Source: an uncultured Methanobacteriaceae archaeon (GTDB lineage Archaea; Methanobacteriota; Methanobacteria; Methanobacteriales; Methanobacteriaceae). From it: a DNA stretch of 32,000 bases. The stretch covers positions 291,058 through 323,057 of the forward strand of contig CAWHRV010000008.1 of NCBI GenBank assembly GCA_963831915.1. The letters run 5' to 3'. Below the pieces are notes generated by a model, which did no database searches, was not told the DNA's origin, and saw nothing but the letters and a program-made list of their open reading frames with translations. Positions 1 to 11,265 of the stretch are shown here, in pieces. Position numbers and translations under genes: made by a program. Numbering within the stretch: position 1 is the stretch's first letter; each line of letters begins with the position of its first letter.

Positions 1-189
1 CAAGATTTTCCTCTTGGAGAATGTATCCTCCTGTGCAAGCTGTTCTATGTCCCCAATAAGGGAACTTTTTCCGCTTCCAGTTGGCCCAACCACTCCAAAT
101 ATTTCTCCTCTCTTAATAACTACTTCTTCAACAGGTTCCTTTTTACCCTGTTTGTTGTAGCCACCTAAAACTGTAATTTTGTCTATCAT
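1..189 (-). CDS. ABC-transporter-type ATPase, N-terminal 63 codons only (gene runs off the window start)
   Basis: Own minus-strand translation from ATG 189-187: [63 protein letters not shown]. Walker A GPTGSGKS is present. The start codon directly abuts the comA stop (190-192). Confidence 0.7.
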   Translation of the reverse strand, partial: MIDKITVLGGYNKQGKKEPVEEVVIKRGEIFGVVGPTGSGKSSLIGDIEQLAQEDTFSKRKIL

Positions 190-963
190 TTATACCCTTC
201 CCAAAGTGTCTCCCCTTAAACCTCTTCTCATGGTTTCAAGGGCAGTTATTTCTCCAGGTTCTATGTTACCCAAATTTACGTTAGCTCCAAGTTTAAGTAT
301 AAGATATGCTTGCTGATTTTTCTGGGGAGCCTCCCATATCAACTTATTTATATCAAGGTTGTCCATTAAAACCTTTAAATCCTCTTCCTTAACATCTCCA
401 TTGTTATTGTAAATACCCAGATCCTTGCCACCCTCCCGTGCTTCTATAATAACCTTATCTGCTCCGGCTTCTAGATCAAGTTTTACAAGTTTAACTCTGT
501 CTTGAGGAGTGAAATGATGGTCTTTTTGTGGATCCTTCTTACCAACTTCTGTTAGCACCATAAATCCTGCATCCTTTACTTCACGTATTACTCTGACCCT
601 TTCATTGGGTTCTATGTCCACTGTTCCATCTGAGATCTCAATGGCTTTGAAACCGAGTTCATCAGCTTCTTCCAAAAATTCATGAAACTTTCCCTGGATG
701 TATGCAAGCTCAAATAATGTTCCACCAGGGTATGGTACAATATCGTTTGATAAATAAGTGTCAATTTTGTACTTAATTAGTTCTCTTTCGTGAATGGCAG
801 AGGTTCCCCATCCAAGTTTTGCAAGATCCACGTAGGGCCCTGATATCTCTAAGAAATCTTCAACCATGTTGGGACCCATTCCTTTGTCCAACATCATTGT
901 TATTCCATCTTCAGGACCTCTTGTACGATCTTTTGTAAGAAAATCAAATGCATTCAATTGCAT
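190..963 (-). CDS. comA: Phosphosulfolactate synthase (coenzyme M biosynthesis, ComA family)
   Basis: ORF track 190..966. The full-length 258-aa product has ComA-type TIM-barrel sequence (LDKGMGPN...[11 protein letters not shown]...GGTLFE...FKAIEISDG). ATG at 963 or GTG at 966; an AGGTGA Shine-Dalgarno-like motif overlaps the start. Confidence 0.85.
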   Translation of the reverse strand: MQLNAFDFLTKDRTRGPEDGITMMLDKGMGPNMVEDFLEISGPYVDLAKLGWGTSAIHERELIKYKIDTYLSNDIVPYPGGTLFELAYIQGKFHEFLEEADELGFKAIEISDGTVDIEPNERVRVIREVKDAGFMVLTEVGKKDPQKDHHFTPQDRVKLVKLDLEAGADKVIIEAREGGKDLGIYNNNGDVKEEDLKVLMDNLDINKLIWEAPQKNQQAYLILKLGANVNLGNIEPGEITALETMRRGLRGDTLGRV

Positions 964-1192
964 CACCTTACTTTGTTATGTATATTTTCATATGTTAGGT
1001 TTTTCCTTTATTAGAAATTAATAATATTTCAGATACAGTTAATTAACTTAACATTGTAGTATAAAAAAATATTGAAATACTTGAAAAATAATTTAGGTAA
1101 TCGTTTATAAAACATTAATCGAATAAGATATTTAAAATATATTACTATAAAGTACTATAATGGTCTTAAGAAAATAATTGGGAGTGGTTTTG

Positions 1193-1762
1193 ATGGAAAA
1201 AACTATTCATTACTTCGAAAATCCTGGAGAAGGAAATACAGATAAAGTTATTGAACTGGTGAAGATCAGGAGAGAAGAATTAGGGATAAAACATGTGGTG
1301 GTTGCATCTGCATCTGGAAGTTCTGGTGTCAAACTAGCCAAGGTTATTGGAGATACTGAAGTAAACATTGTAAATGTTACACACCATGCTGGTTTCAAAG
1401 GTGATGATTTAATTGAAGTTAAGCCAGAATTCCAGACCGAATTAGAAGAAATGGGTATTAAAATATATGTAGGATCGCACTCCTTAAGTGGAGTAGGAAG
1501 AGGTATATCAAACAAATTTGGAGGTATAACTCCTGTAGAAGTAATTGCAGCAACTCTCCGCTTGTTCTCACAAGGAGTTAAAGTAGGTGTTGAAATAACT
1601 ATAATGGCGTCAGATGCCGGACTTATACCTACCGATTGCGAAGTTATAGCTGTAGGGGGAACGGGAAAAGGTTTAGATGCAGCGGTTGTTTTGAAACCAG
1701 CACACATGGGAAACTTCTTTGACCTCAAAATAAATGAGATCATTGCAATGCCAAGACCTTAG
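1193..1762 (+). CDS. Uncharacterised conserved archaeal protein, pyruvate-kinase C-terminal-domain-like (COG1751-type)
   Basis: ORF track 1178..1762. Probable true start is ATG 1193 ([16 protein letters not shown]...) after GGGAGTGG. Family assignment is from memory of the conserved HYFE.PG..NT and VVASASG signature. The antisense ORF 1210..1743 is a shadow. Confidence 0.6.
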   Translation: MEKTIHYFENPGEGNTDKVIELVKIRREELGIKHVVVASASGSSGVKLAKVIGDTEVNIVNVTHHAGFKGDDLIEVKPEFQTELEEMGIKIYVGSHSLSGVGRGISNKFGGITPVEVIAATLRLFSQGVKVGVEITIMASDAGLIPTDCEVIAVGGTGKGLDAAVVLKPAHMGNFFDLKINEIIAMPRP

Positions 1763-1928
1763 TCTTGAGGGGTGGCATTCACCAAACTTTCCCTCAAATT
1801 GTTCACATGAGAAACAAGTGAAACAAGTAAGTTCACATTTGCTTCATGAATAACAATCAATGTGATTTAAATGATAAGGGTTAAAAATCATAGTTCAGTG
1901 TTAGATTATCATTAAAAATACCGTTGCT

Positions 1929-1938
1929 TTTAAATATA
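1929..1938 (+). promoter_or_regulatory. Candidate archaeal TATA box upstream of ftsZ
   Basis: TTTAAATATA lies about 55 nt upstream of the TTG 1993 start in a 230-bp non-coding spacer. Sequence pattern only. Confidence 0.3.
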
Positions 1939-1992
1939 AGTTAGTACAATAACACAATTAACATAATAAAACATTAGCTGTGGGGGTAGGAA

Positions 1993-3141
1993 TTGAAATC
2001 TCTTATAAACAATACCATAAAGGAATCTGAAAAAAGAAGGGAAAGATCAACCATGGAAGAGCACAATTCATATGACGACAACATCGACAGCGATCTTAAA
2101 GAGATTATCCAACGAAGCCGGGCTAAAATTTTCGTTGTTGGAACTGGAGGGGCAGGAAATAACACAGTTTCAAGACTGGCGGAGATAGGAGTCGAAGGTG
2201 CAGGCACACTTTCCGTTAACACGGATGCACAAGATCTCTTTTATTCAAAATCAGATCACAAGCTGCTGATCGGAAGATCGACGTGTGGAGGACTCGGTGC
2301 AGGTGGAATGCCTGACATCGGAGAAGAAAGCGCTGAAGAAAGCGAAGAACAATTGAAAGAAAAACTTGAAGGGGCCGATATGGTCTTTGTAACTTGTGGT
2401 TTAGGTGGAGGAACTGGAACTGGTTCTGCACCTGTGATATCCAAGTTAGCTAAGAAGATCGGTGCTTTAACCATTGCAGTTGCCACTATGCCTTTCAGTG
2501 CAGAAGGACTTAGAAGAAGAGAAAATGCAGAAAAAGGGCTGGAAAAGCTCCAAAGTGCTGCAGACACGGTGATTGTGATACCAAACGACAAACTCCTCGA
2601 AGTTGCACCAAACTTGCCAATAAATAAGGCATTCATGGTTGCAGATGAACTTCTTGGAAGAGCTGTTAAGGGAATCACAGAACTCATTACCAAACCTGGT
2701 CTTGTAAGTCTCGATTTTGCCGATATAAGAAGCATAATGATGGGATCTGGTATGGCCATGATTGGAATGGGTGAATCAGACTCGGGTGACAGGGCAATTG
2801 AATCTGTACACGAAGCACTGAACAGTCCACTCTTGGATCTGGACATATCTAATGCAAAGGGTGCATTGATCAACATATCAGGAAGCTCAGATCTTACACT
2901 GCACGAAGCCGAAAAGGTCGTTCAAATAGTTGCAGATGAATTAGATCCAGATGCAAACATAATATGGGGAACTCAAATACAGGAAGACCTTGAAAATGTC
3001 ATCAGGACAACCATTGTTGTTGCTGGAGTAAAATCTCCGCACATATTTGGAATGCCCGGTGAGAAGGAATTCGTTGAAGAAAGACAACGAGAAAGTGTTC
3101 CGGAATCTTCATTGGAAGAATTTATAGATGGTGTTTTTTAA
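1993..3141 (+). CDS. ftsZ: Cell division GTPase FtsZ
   Basis: Tubulin signature [11 protein letters not shown] and N-terminal [10 protein letters not shown]. Length of 382 aa is typical. Start is TTG 1993 (after GGGGGTAGG) or ATG 2053. Confidence 0.95.
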   Translation: MKSLINNTIKESEKRRERSTMEEHNSYDDNIDSDLKEIIQRSRAKIFVVGTGGAGNNTVSRLAEIGVEGAGTLSVNTDAQDLFYSKSDHKLLIGRSTCGGLGAGGMPDIGEESAEESEEQLKEKLEGADMVFVTCGLGGGTGTGSAPVISKLAKKIGALTIAVATMPFSAEGLRRRENAEKGLEKLQSAADTVIVIPNDKLLEVAPNLPINKAFMVADELLGRAVKGITELITKPGLVSLDFADIRSIMMGSGMAMIGMGESDSGDRAIESVHEALNSPLLDLDISNAKGALINISGSSDLTLHEAEKVVQIVADELDPDANIIWGTQIQEDLENVIRTTIVVAGVKSPHIFGMPGEKEFVEERQRESVPESSLEEFIDGVF

Positions 3142-3234
3142 TCCAGCCTTCAATTAATTTTAAAGGCAAAAACCCACAATTTTAAACATCCACCCCATTT
3201 TCCTTAAGTTTAGTGATTACCATCTTCCGCAAAT

Positions 3235-3250
3235 GGAAAGGTTTATAAAT
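3235..3250 (+). promoter_or_regulatory. Candidate BRE/TATA promoter for the secE-spt5-rpl11 unit
   Basis: GAAAGGTTTATAAAT lies about 86 nt upstream of the secE ATG. Pattern only. Confidence 0.3.
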
Positions 3251-3335
3251 CCCTAAACCTATACCCTCCTAATGTGATCTATCTAAATTTTAAAAATTCT
3301 CATTCTCTATAATTATAACCGAAGTGGGTATTTCT

Positions 3336-3521
3336 ATGAACTTGAATAAAAAATCTATCGTCGATTTTATAAAACTCTGTCAAAGAGTCCTGCACGTGTC
3401 TAAAAAACCGGGCAGAGATGAATTTATGAATGTTGCAAAGATAACTGGAATAGGTGTCCTAATCATAGGTGCCATTGGCTTTGTAATTAGCATAGTAGCC
3501 CAGCTTTTAGGTAAAGTTTAG
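3336..3521 (+). CDS. secE: Protein translocase subunit SecE / Sec61-gamma
   Basis: Small protein with the KP.R.EF motif (SKKPGRDEFMNVAKITGIGVLIIGAIGFVI) and a single C-terminal TM helix. It sits in the conserved position before spt5/nusG. Start is ATG 3336 or GTG 3324. Confidence 0.85.
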   Translation: MNLNKKSIVDFIKLCQRVLHVSKKPGRDEFMNVAKITGIGVLIIGAIGFVISIVAQLLGKV

Positions 3522-3601
3522 ATTAAAATTTGAGATCAATTATAAAATCATTGTTTAACACTGTTTAAGTAGATAAAAGTTTATTACAGGTTAGTGATAG
3601 T

Positions 3602-4533
<932 letters not shown>

Positions 4534-4538
4534 AATCT

Positions 4539-4563
4539 TATTTCATTTTTTTATCGTTTTTTG
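4539..4563 (+). terminator. Oligo-T archaeal terminator candidate after rpl11
   Basis: T7 run (4546-4552) and T6 run (4557-4562) immediately after the rpl11 stop. Confidence 0.45.
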
Positions 4564-4708
4564 AATGCAGATGATCATACTTTTATGTGATGATACTTCA
4601 ATGATCATAAATAGATCTTCAAATTTATCCTTTCACAAATTCAAATTCATAGATATGGCAAAAAATCATATCATTGAACACAGACAGTACAAAAAGAAAT
4701 AATTCGTG

Positions 4709-4731
4709 TGAACTTTTCTTTAAAAAGTTCA
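4709..4731 (+). promoter_or_regulatory. Perfect 9-bp stem-loop in the rpl1 leader, ending 2 nt before the GGAGG Shine-Dalgarno
   Basis: TGAACTTTT (4709-4717), 5-nt loop, AAAAGTTCA (4723-4731). GGAGG at 4733-4737 and ATG at 4744. Confidence 0.4.
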
Positions 4732-4743
4732 TGGAGGAATTAG

Positions 4744-5382
4744 ATGAAACAAGAGATATTGGAAGCGGTGAAGAAGGCTAAAGAGGATTCAAAGCCGAGG
4801 AACTTCACACAATCCGTTGATGTTGTTATAACCATCAAGGATTTAGACGTGAAAAAGCCAGAAAACCGTATAGACGAAGAAGTGTTTCTCCCAAATGGTC
4901 GTGGTAAAGACGTATCAATCGTCTTTATAGCAGAGGGAGAACTGGCGCTTCAGGCGAAAAAAGCAGGTGCAGATCTTGTCATCACCAAAGAAGATTTAGA
5001 AGCCTTTGGAAAAGACAGGAAAGCGGCTAAAAAGGTTGCAAACAAGCATGACTTTTTCGTTGCACAGGCAGATCTCATGCCCTTTGTGGGTAGATTCTTG
5101 GGACCCGTTCTCGGGCCAAGGAAGAAAATGCCTAAGCCAGTTCCGGCCTCAGCCAAACCAGAACCACTAATGGAGAGACTTAAAAACACAGCAAAAGTAA
5201 GAATTAAGGACCAACCAGTTGTCCAGGCCATTGTAGGCACTCAGGATATGGATGATGAGCTTATTGCAGATAATATTGAAGCAGTGCTTGATATTCTGGA
5301 CAGGAAACTTGAGAAAGGCAGAAGCCAGATAAAATCCATGTATGTTAAAACAACCATGGGTCCAGTAGCGAAGGTGATCTAA
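4744..5382 (+). CDS. rpl1: 50S ribosomal protein L1
   Basis: 212-aa L1-family sequence ([10 protein letters not shown]...[10 protein letters not shown]...LGPRKKMP). TAATG overlap with the P0 start. Confidence 0.95.
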   Translation: MKQEILEAVKKAKEDSKPRNFTQSVDVVITIKDLDVKKPENRIDEEVFLPNGRGKDVSIVFIAEGELALQAKKAGADLVITKEDLEAFGKDRKAAKKVANKHDFFVAQADLMPFVGRFLGPVLGPRKKMPKPVPASAKPEPLMERLKNTAKVRIKDQPVVQAIVGTQDMDDELIADNIEAVLDILDRKLEKGRSQIKSMYVKTTMGPVAKVI

Positions 5383-6380
5383 TGCCTCATGTTGCTGAAT
5401 GGAAGAAAGATGAAGTAGCAAGCCTCAAGAAATTAATAGAAAGCCATGAAGTAGTGGGTATGGCTAACCTTTCAGACATACCAGCCCCTCAGCTCCAGAA
5501 AATGCGTAGAACACTCAAAGACAGTGCAACACTTAAAATGTCAAGGAAAACTCTAATGAGCCTTGCATTGAACGACTGTGATAAAGAGAATATAAACGCA
5601 CTTGAAGAGCACATGGATGGACAACCTGCCTTGATATTCACAAACATGAATCCATTTAAACTTTACAAGATTCTTGAAGGCAGTAAAACAGCGGCCCCTG
5701 CAAAAGCTGGAAGCATAGCACCAGAGGACATTGTTGTCCCCAAAGGTGATACAGCATTTAAACCAGGCCCAGTTCTGGGTGAACTTCAAAAGATTGGTAT
5801 CCCTGCTAAAATCGAGAAGGGAAAAATAGTTATAACCAGTGATAAAACAATAGTAGCTGCTGGAGAAGCCATTCCAAGGGATGTTGCAAGCATACTTACA
5901 AGGCTTGAAATTTTCCCATTAGAAGTTGGAATTGATCTTCGAGCTGCTTATGAAGATCAAACTGTTTATACCTCTGATCTATTAACAATCGATGAGGAAA
6001 AAACCATAGCAGATGTTCAAAAGGCATTTACACAGGCACTGAACCTATCAGTTAACGCGGTGATATTCACCAAAGAAGCAGTACCAGTAATACTCCAAAA
6101 AGCTGTTACACAGTCACTGAACCTTGCTTTAAACGCAGAAATATTAACGTCAAAAACCAGGGATATATTACTTGCCAAGGCATACGCACAGATGCTTTCC
6201 ATAGCATCAGAAGTATCAGCCAAGGATGAAAATGCAGTAGACGATGAGCTTCGAGAAAAACTGAGTTCAAAGGCCACTAAGGTTGAAACTCAAGAAGATA
6301 ACGAAGAACCAGAAGAAGAGGAAGAAGCTGAAGAAGAGGAAGGGGATGCAGCAGCAGGACTCGGCGCTCTATTCGGCTGA
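5382..6380 (+). CDS. rpl10: Ribosomal stalk protein P0 (L10)
   Basis: N-terminus [12 protein letters not shown] and acidic tail [21 protein letters not shown]. Confidence 0.95.
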   Translation: MPHVAEWKKDEVASLKKLIESHEVVGMANLSDIPAPQLQKMRRTLKDSATLKMSRKTLMSLALNDCDKENINALEEHMDGQPALIFTNMNPFKLYKILEGSKTAAPAKAGSIAPEDIVVPKGDTAFKPGPVLGELQKIGIPAKIEKGKIVITSDKTIVAAGEAIPRDVASILTRLEIFPLEVGIDLRAAYEDQTVYTSDLLTIDEEKTIADVQKAFTQALNLSVNAVIFTKEAVPVILQKAVTQSLNLALNAEILTSKTRDILLAKAYAQMLSIASEVSAKDENAVDDELREKLSSKATKVETQEDNEEPEEEEEAEEEEGDAAAGLGALFG

Positions 6381-6432
6381 TTTAGAATTTAATTTAATAA
6401 ATGAGTAGAATTTAAACTTTGAGGTGATTATA

Positions 6433-6735
6433 ATGGAGTACATATACGCAGCAATGTTATTGCACACAACCGGTCAGGAAATTAACGAAGAAAATGTGAA
6501 GAAAGTCTTAGAAGCAGCAGGCGCAGAAGTTGACGAAGCAAGAGTTAAAGCATTAATCGCAGCTTTAGAAGACGTTGATATTGAAGAAGCTATGGAAAAA
6601 ACTGCAGTAGCAGCCGCAGCACCTGCAGCAGCCGCAGCAGCACCTGCAGCAGCTGAAGAAGAGGAAGAAGAGGAAGAGGACGAAGAAGAAAAAGAAGAAG
6701 AAGCAGCAGCCGGTCTTGGCGCACTCTTCGGATAA
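6433..6735 (+). CDS. rpl12: Ribosomal stalk protein P1 (L12)
   Basis: [11 protein letters not shown]..., Ala/Glu-rich hinge, and the same [10 protein letters not shown] tail as P0. ATG 6433 is preceded by GAGGTGAT. Confidence 0.95.
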   Translation: MEYIYAAMLLHTTGQEINEENVKKVLEAAGAEVDEARVKALIAALEDVDIEEAMEKTAVAAAAPAAAAAAPAAAEEEEEEEEDEEEKEEEAAAGLGALFG

Positions 6736-6737
6736 AC

Positions 6738-6772
6738 TTTTTCCCTTTTTTGAAGATCAAGGCATTTTTTTT
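6738..6772 (+). terminator. Oligo-T terminator candidate after the rpl1-rpl10-rpl12 unit
   Basis: T5 (6738-6742), T6 (6746-6751) and T8 (6765-6772) runs directly after the rpl12 stop. Confidence 0.5.
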
Positions 6773-7065
6773 GAATGTACTTGAATCTTTCTTACTATTT
6801 TATTTTTAATTCAATAACTATCAATCAAATTTACAAATTCATAGTATCGATCTACTAACTATCGGTATTATAGAAATCCTATTTTTAAACTAATTCTTAA
6901 AATTATTTTAAACATCTTTTTATTCAAATAAGATCAACTAAATAATGGATGAGATAGCTATTTTAATAAATCCCTAAATTAAATTTGAACAGGGTGAATT
7001 ATCGACCCCAAAATCCATTTAAAAATGAATTATTATAGGAAATAAAAAAAATTACGTTGATTATC

Positions 7066-9780
7066 ATGTCGCACCAACTAGAAGAACTAGGATTTACAAA
7101 GAAAACTTGTGTAACTTGCGGAAACGACTTTTGGTCCATTGGTGATAGGTCTACTTGTGGAGATGCACCATGCGATAAGTACGAATTCATAGGAAACCCT
7201 GCAACACCTAAAAAGTACGATCTATTCGATATACAGAGAGAATTCAACAACTTCTTCAAAGAAAGGGGACATACCCCAATAAATCGGTACCCCGTACTTG
7301 CAAAACGTTGGCGAGATGATGTTTTCCTTGTTGGTGCATCAATATACGACTTCCAACCCTGGGTAACCTCTGGCCTGGTTGAACCACCTGCAAATCCGCT
7401 AGTTATTGGACAACCTTCAATAAGGTTAAACGATGTTGATAATGTAGGTAGAACAGGAAGGCATATGACCTGTTTCACTATGGGTGCACATCATGCATTC
7501 AACAGTGCTGAGAATCATGTATACTGGAAAGACGAGACAGTGAAGTACTGTCACGATTTTATAAAACATATCGGAATAGATCCTAAAGAAATTACTTACA
7601 TAGAATCCTGGTGGGAGGGTGGTGGAAATGCTGGTCCCTGTTACGAAATATGTGTACGTGGAGTGGAGTTAGCAACACTTGTATTCATACAATACAAAAC
7701 AACCCCAGAAGGTTTAGAAGAAATTCCTCTGAAAATAGTTGATACTGGCTATGGTCTTGAAAGATTTGCTTGGATATCTCAAGGAACACCAACAGCCTAC
7801 GATGCCTCCTTTGGACCCGTGATAGATCAACTTAAAAAATTGGCTTCAGTTGAACTGGATGAAAATATTCTAGCTGAAAATGCTAGGATCGCTGGTATGA
7901 TGGATATTGAAGACATAGCAGACTTGAAAGAACTTCGGCATAGAGTTGCTGAAAGACTTGGAATTTCTGCTAAAGAACTTAAAGACGCAACAGAACCCAT
8001 GGAAGCCGTTTATGTTATTGCAGATCATACACGTTGTCTATGTTTCATGCTGGCAGATGGTGTTATACCCTCAAATGTCAAGGAAGGTTACTTGGCAAGG
8101 CTTGTGCTGAGAAGGACCATCAGGTTCATGAAGGATCTTAAACTCAAAGAATCATTGGGTGACATCATGAAGATACAGCTGGACTTCCTTTCGATGACAT
8201 ACCCTGAGATCAAAGAACAGCAGAACCATATACTAAACGTGGTTAATTTAGAAGAAAAACGATATGGAAAAACAATTTTAAAAGGCATTCAACTGGTAAA
8301 AAAAAGTATTAAAGAATTAAAACAGAGTAAAAAGGACGAAATTCCGGTTGAAATGCTTATAATGCTTTACGATTCACATGGAATGCCCCCGGAAACAATT
8401 GAAGAGATAGCAGAATCTGAAAACTTCAAAGCAGCAGTTCCAGACAATTTTTACACATTGGTGGCAGAGGAACATGCTCAGGAATCTGTAGAAGAAAAAG
8501 CAGATCTAGAACTGGAATTCCCGGAAACGGATCTAATATTCTACGACAACCCTTACAAAACAGAATTTGAAGCTGGAATTATAGGATTCTATGAAAATAA
8601 TGTGATATTAGATAGAACAATATTCTATCCCGAAGGTGGGGGACAACCATCTGACATCGGTTTTATCGGTGCAAAAGGAAGTAAAAATCATAAATTCCAA
8701 GTATTACATACTGAAAAAGTTAAGGGCGTAGTACTTCACAAAATGGACCAAAAAGACATTGAGATGTTAAAACCCTACATTGGAACCCGTGTAGTTGGGG
8801 AAATTGATCCTTCTAGGAGAACATCTCTAACACAAAATCATACAGCAACACACTTGATCGTTGCTGCGGCTCGTAAAGTACTTGGAGAACATGTTTGGCA
8901 GGCAGGAGCTCAAAAAGGAGTTAGTAAATCTAGAATAGATTTATCCCATTATAAGAGGATAAAAAATGAAGAAATCCAGGATATAGAACTCGTAGCAAAT
9001 AGATTTGTAATGGGGAACCATCCCGTACACACCAAATGGATGAATCGAACCAAAGCCGAGAAAAAATATGGTTTTAGTCTTTATCAAGGAGGTGTTGTCC
9101 CTGGAGCCAATATTAGAACCGTTAAAATTGATGGTATTGATGTACAGGCTTGTGCAGGAACTCATGTGAAACACACAGGAGATATTGGTTTGGTTAAAAT
9201 CACAAGGACGGAAAGGATCCAGGACGGCGTTGAGAGGATAGAATTTTCAGCTGGAGAATCTGCAGTTAAAGCTGTTCAGATAAATGATGACCTTCTAAAA
9301 GAGAGCAGCAGTGTATTCAAGGTTACAGGAGAACAGCTCCCTAAAACATGTGATCGATTTTTCAGCGAATGGAAAGCCTATAAAAATGAAATAGGAAGAC
9401 TTAAAGATGAGATTGCCGGTCTGAAGAAAAGTGGGCTCGAGGATTATGCGATTTTACTTGGAGATATGAAGGTATTATGTCAATTGGTGGAGGCAGATAT
9501 GAACGAACTAGTCAAGATCGCAACAGACCTCACAGAAAATGAAGATGGGATCGATTTGGTTGTAGTTGGAAACGATTCAGGTAAGATCGTTGGTGCCTCC
9601 TCTAAGGATGCTATGGATAAAGGTATAAAGATAAATGAGATCATTAAAGAAGCTGCAGCAATACTTGGAGGAGGAGGTGGCGGAAGGCCAAATCTCGCCC
9701 AAGGAGCTGGTAAAGACTTTAATAAAATGCAAGAAGCTTTAGAATTTGCACTAAAACAAATACAAAATGTTCTGAATTAA
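7066..9780 (+). CDS. alaS: Alanine--tRNA ligase
   Basis: About 900-aa archaeal AlaRS with an N-terminal Zn-ribbon-like CVTCGNDFWS...CGDAPC. The editing-domain motif HTATH...CAGTHV and the C-terminal GGGGGRPNLAQGAG are present. ATG 7066 is more likely than TTG 7057. Confidence 0.95.
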   Translation: MSHQLEELGFTKKTCVTCGNDFWSIGDRSTCGDAPCDKYEFIGNPATPKKYDLFDIQREFNNFFKERGHTPINRYPVLAKRWRDDVFLVGASIYDFQPWVTSGLVEPPANPLVIGQPSIRLNDVDNVGRTGRHMTCFTMGAHHAFNSAENHVYWKDETVKYCHDFIKHIGIDPKEITYIESWWEGGGNAGPCYEICVRGVELATLVFIQYKTTPEGLEEIPLKIVDTGYGLERFAWISQGTPTAYDASFGPVIDQLKKLASVELDENILAENARIAGMMDIEDIADLKELRHRVAERLGISAKELKDATEPMEAVYVIADHTRCLCFMLADGVIPSNVKEGYLARLVLRRTIRFMKDLKLKESLGDIMKIQLDFLSMTYPEIKEQQNHILNVVNLEEKRYGKTILKGIQLVKKSIKELKQSKKDEIPVEMLIMLYDSHGMPPETIEEIAESENFKAAVPDNFYTLVAEEHAQESVEEKADLELEFPETDLIFYDNPYKTEFEAGIIGFYENNVILDRTIFYPEGGGQPSDIGFIGAKGSKNHKFQVLHTEKVKGVVLHKMDQKDIEMLKPYIGTRVVGEIDPSRRTSLTQNHTATHLIVAAARKVLGEHVWQAGAQKGVSKSRIDLSHYKRIKNEEIQDIELVANRFVMGNHPVHTKWMNRTKAEKKYGFSLYQGGVVPGANIRTVKIDGIDVQACAGTHVKHTGDIGLVKITRTERIQDGVERIEFSAGESAVKAVQINDDLLKESSSVFKVTGEQLPKTCDRFFSEWKAYKNEIGRLKDEIAGLKKSGLEDYAILLGDMKVLCQLVEADMNELVKIATDLTENEDGIDLVVVGNDSGKIVGASSKDAMDKGIKINEIIKEAAAILGGGGGGRPNLAQGAGKDFNKMQEALEFALKQIQNVLN

Positions 9781-9968
9781 TTTGAACATTTTTAATTCTT
9801 ATTTATTTTCAATACTAAATTTTCTTTAAACATTCTAAAAATGCTCAGAATGAATAGTACTAATTTTTTATATATCAATATAATTAAATTAAAATATTTA
9901 AGGTAAATCAAATTGATAAACAATATTATATTGTAACAATTGTTAAATTTCACATTGGGAGAAATACC

Positions 9969-11234
9969 ATGAGAATCCGTAGCATTGAAGAAATAAATCA
10001 GAAGATCAAGAAAGGAGATGCAAATGTATTCACTGCAGAGGAAATATCAACACTTGTTAGGGAAGGTAACCCACCCAAAGCAGATGATGTGGACATAGTT
10101 ACAACAGGAACATGCGGAATAATGTCCGGAACTGCTGCCATACTCCATGTACCAGTTGCAGATCCCGGTGCATTTAAAAAAGCTAAAAGCATCTTATTGA
10201 ATGGCGTGCCAGGATTTCCTGGCCCTTGTCCTAATGAATGGCTCGGATCAGTTGATCTAATAGTTTATGGAACAGCACACAGTATCTATGAAGAAAGATA
10301 TGGTGGAGGATTCTTATTCAAAGACATCGTTGCAGGCAAGTCTATCGAAGTTGAAGTGGAATCAACCTACGGTGAAATAATAAAATCAAAAACCAATCTC
10401 GATGACATTGGAACCGCCCAAATGATTGGAACACGGCTCGCCTTCAAAAACTACAATTCATTTACAAATCCTGTAGATGAAAATGTATCATCTATATTCC
10501 ATGCTATAGACATGGAAGGACCATTTAAAGGGCTTTCTGTTTCGGGGTGTGGTCAGCTGAATCCTCTTCAAAATGATCCATTTATGAAAACCATCTGTAT
10601 GGGTGCAAAGGTTTTATTAAACGGTAGCGAAGGAATTGTGATTGGAAGAGGGACAAGGAGCAGTGATGAAAAGCCTAATTTGATGATTACAGCAGACATG
10701 ATGGAAATGGATCCACATTACCTTGGAGGTTTTAAAACAGGTGCAGGTCCTGAAGTATTCAATTCTGTCGCCGCTGCAATACCTATTTTAAATGATGATA
10801 TACTAATCCAGACTTTCATACAGAATAGAGATATTAGGCTTCCAGTTACAGATATACGAGGACGTCACAAAGTATTGGGATTCACAAATTATGGAGAAGT
10901 TTGGGAAGGTTCGGATGAAAGGCCAGTTTATCATTCGGAGAATTGTTTAGGATGTGAAACATGTATTGTTCGTGAAAGATGTCCTACAGGCGCATATACA
11001 GACATTTTGAATACTAAAAGATGTTTCGGATGCGGAATGTGTGCATATTCCTGCCCAAATAGTGCATTTACCATGGAATCAGGAAGTGTAAGCTTCGAAT
11101 TTGACGATAAATCAATTACTATGCCCATAATTTGTAGACAGTCCGATATTAAAAGAGCCCGTGAACTTACAGAAGAACTCAAAAAGAGAATCGAAAATGG
11201 AAATTTCATCCTGAACAGTTGCATGGATGATTGA
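9969..11234 (+). CDS. DUF39/COG1900-family sulfur-insertion enzyme with a C-terminal 2x[4Fe-4S] ferredoxin domain (homocysteine-synthesis / CoM-forming family)
   Basis: The N-terminal 320 aa match my recollection of DUF39 (VDIVTTGTCGIMSGT...LLNGVPGFPGPCPNE...). The C-terminus carries CLGCETC....CP and CFGCGMCAYSCP cluster motifs. Confidence 0.75.
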   Translation: MRIRSIEEINQKIKKGDANVFTAEEISTLVREGNPPKADDVDIVTTGTCGIMSGTAAILHVPVADPGAFKKAKSILLNGVPGFPGPCPNEWLGSVDLIVYGTAHSIYEERYGGGFLFKDIVAGKSIEVEVESTYGEIIKSKTNLDDIGTAQMIGTRLAFKNYNSFTNPVDENVSSIFHAIDMEGPFKGLSVSGCGQLNPLQNDPFMKTICMGAKVLLNGSEGIVIGRGTRSSDEKPNLMITADMMEMDPHYLGGFKTGAGPEVFNSVAAAIPILNDDILIQTFIQNRDIRLPVTDIRGRHKVLGFTNYGEVWEGSDERPVYHSENCLGCETCIVRERCPTGAYTDILNTKRCFGCGMCAYSCPNSAFTMESGSVSFEFDDKSITMPIICRQSDIKRARELTEELKKRIENGNFILNSCMDD

Positions 11235-11265
11235 TTCCATAAATTATTATGTTTTTTATTTAGAA

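Noticed and set aside
1765-1796. Inverted repeat TTGAGGG-n19-CCCTCAA just after the stop of the 1193..1762 gene, considered as a structured RNA or terminator.
   Set aside because: It is a short 7-bp stem with a large loop and no adjacent oligo-T run. This is insufficient to call a functional element.
4565-4625. Possible box C/D sRNA in the rpl11-rpl1 spacer (GTGATGA at about 4587 and repeated GATGATCATA / AATGATCATA).
   Set aside because: No CTGA D or D' boxes at appropriate spacing and no terminal stem. The similarity to a C box is likely chance in AT-rich sequence.
6290-6710. GAA/GCA-rich simple repeats (about 6290-6345 and 6610-6705) that look like microsatellites.
   Set aside because: They encode the normal acidic/alanine-rich hinges of ribosomal stalk proteins P0 and P1. 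Both end in the conserved [10 protein letters not shown] tail.
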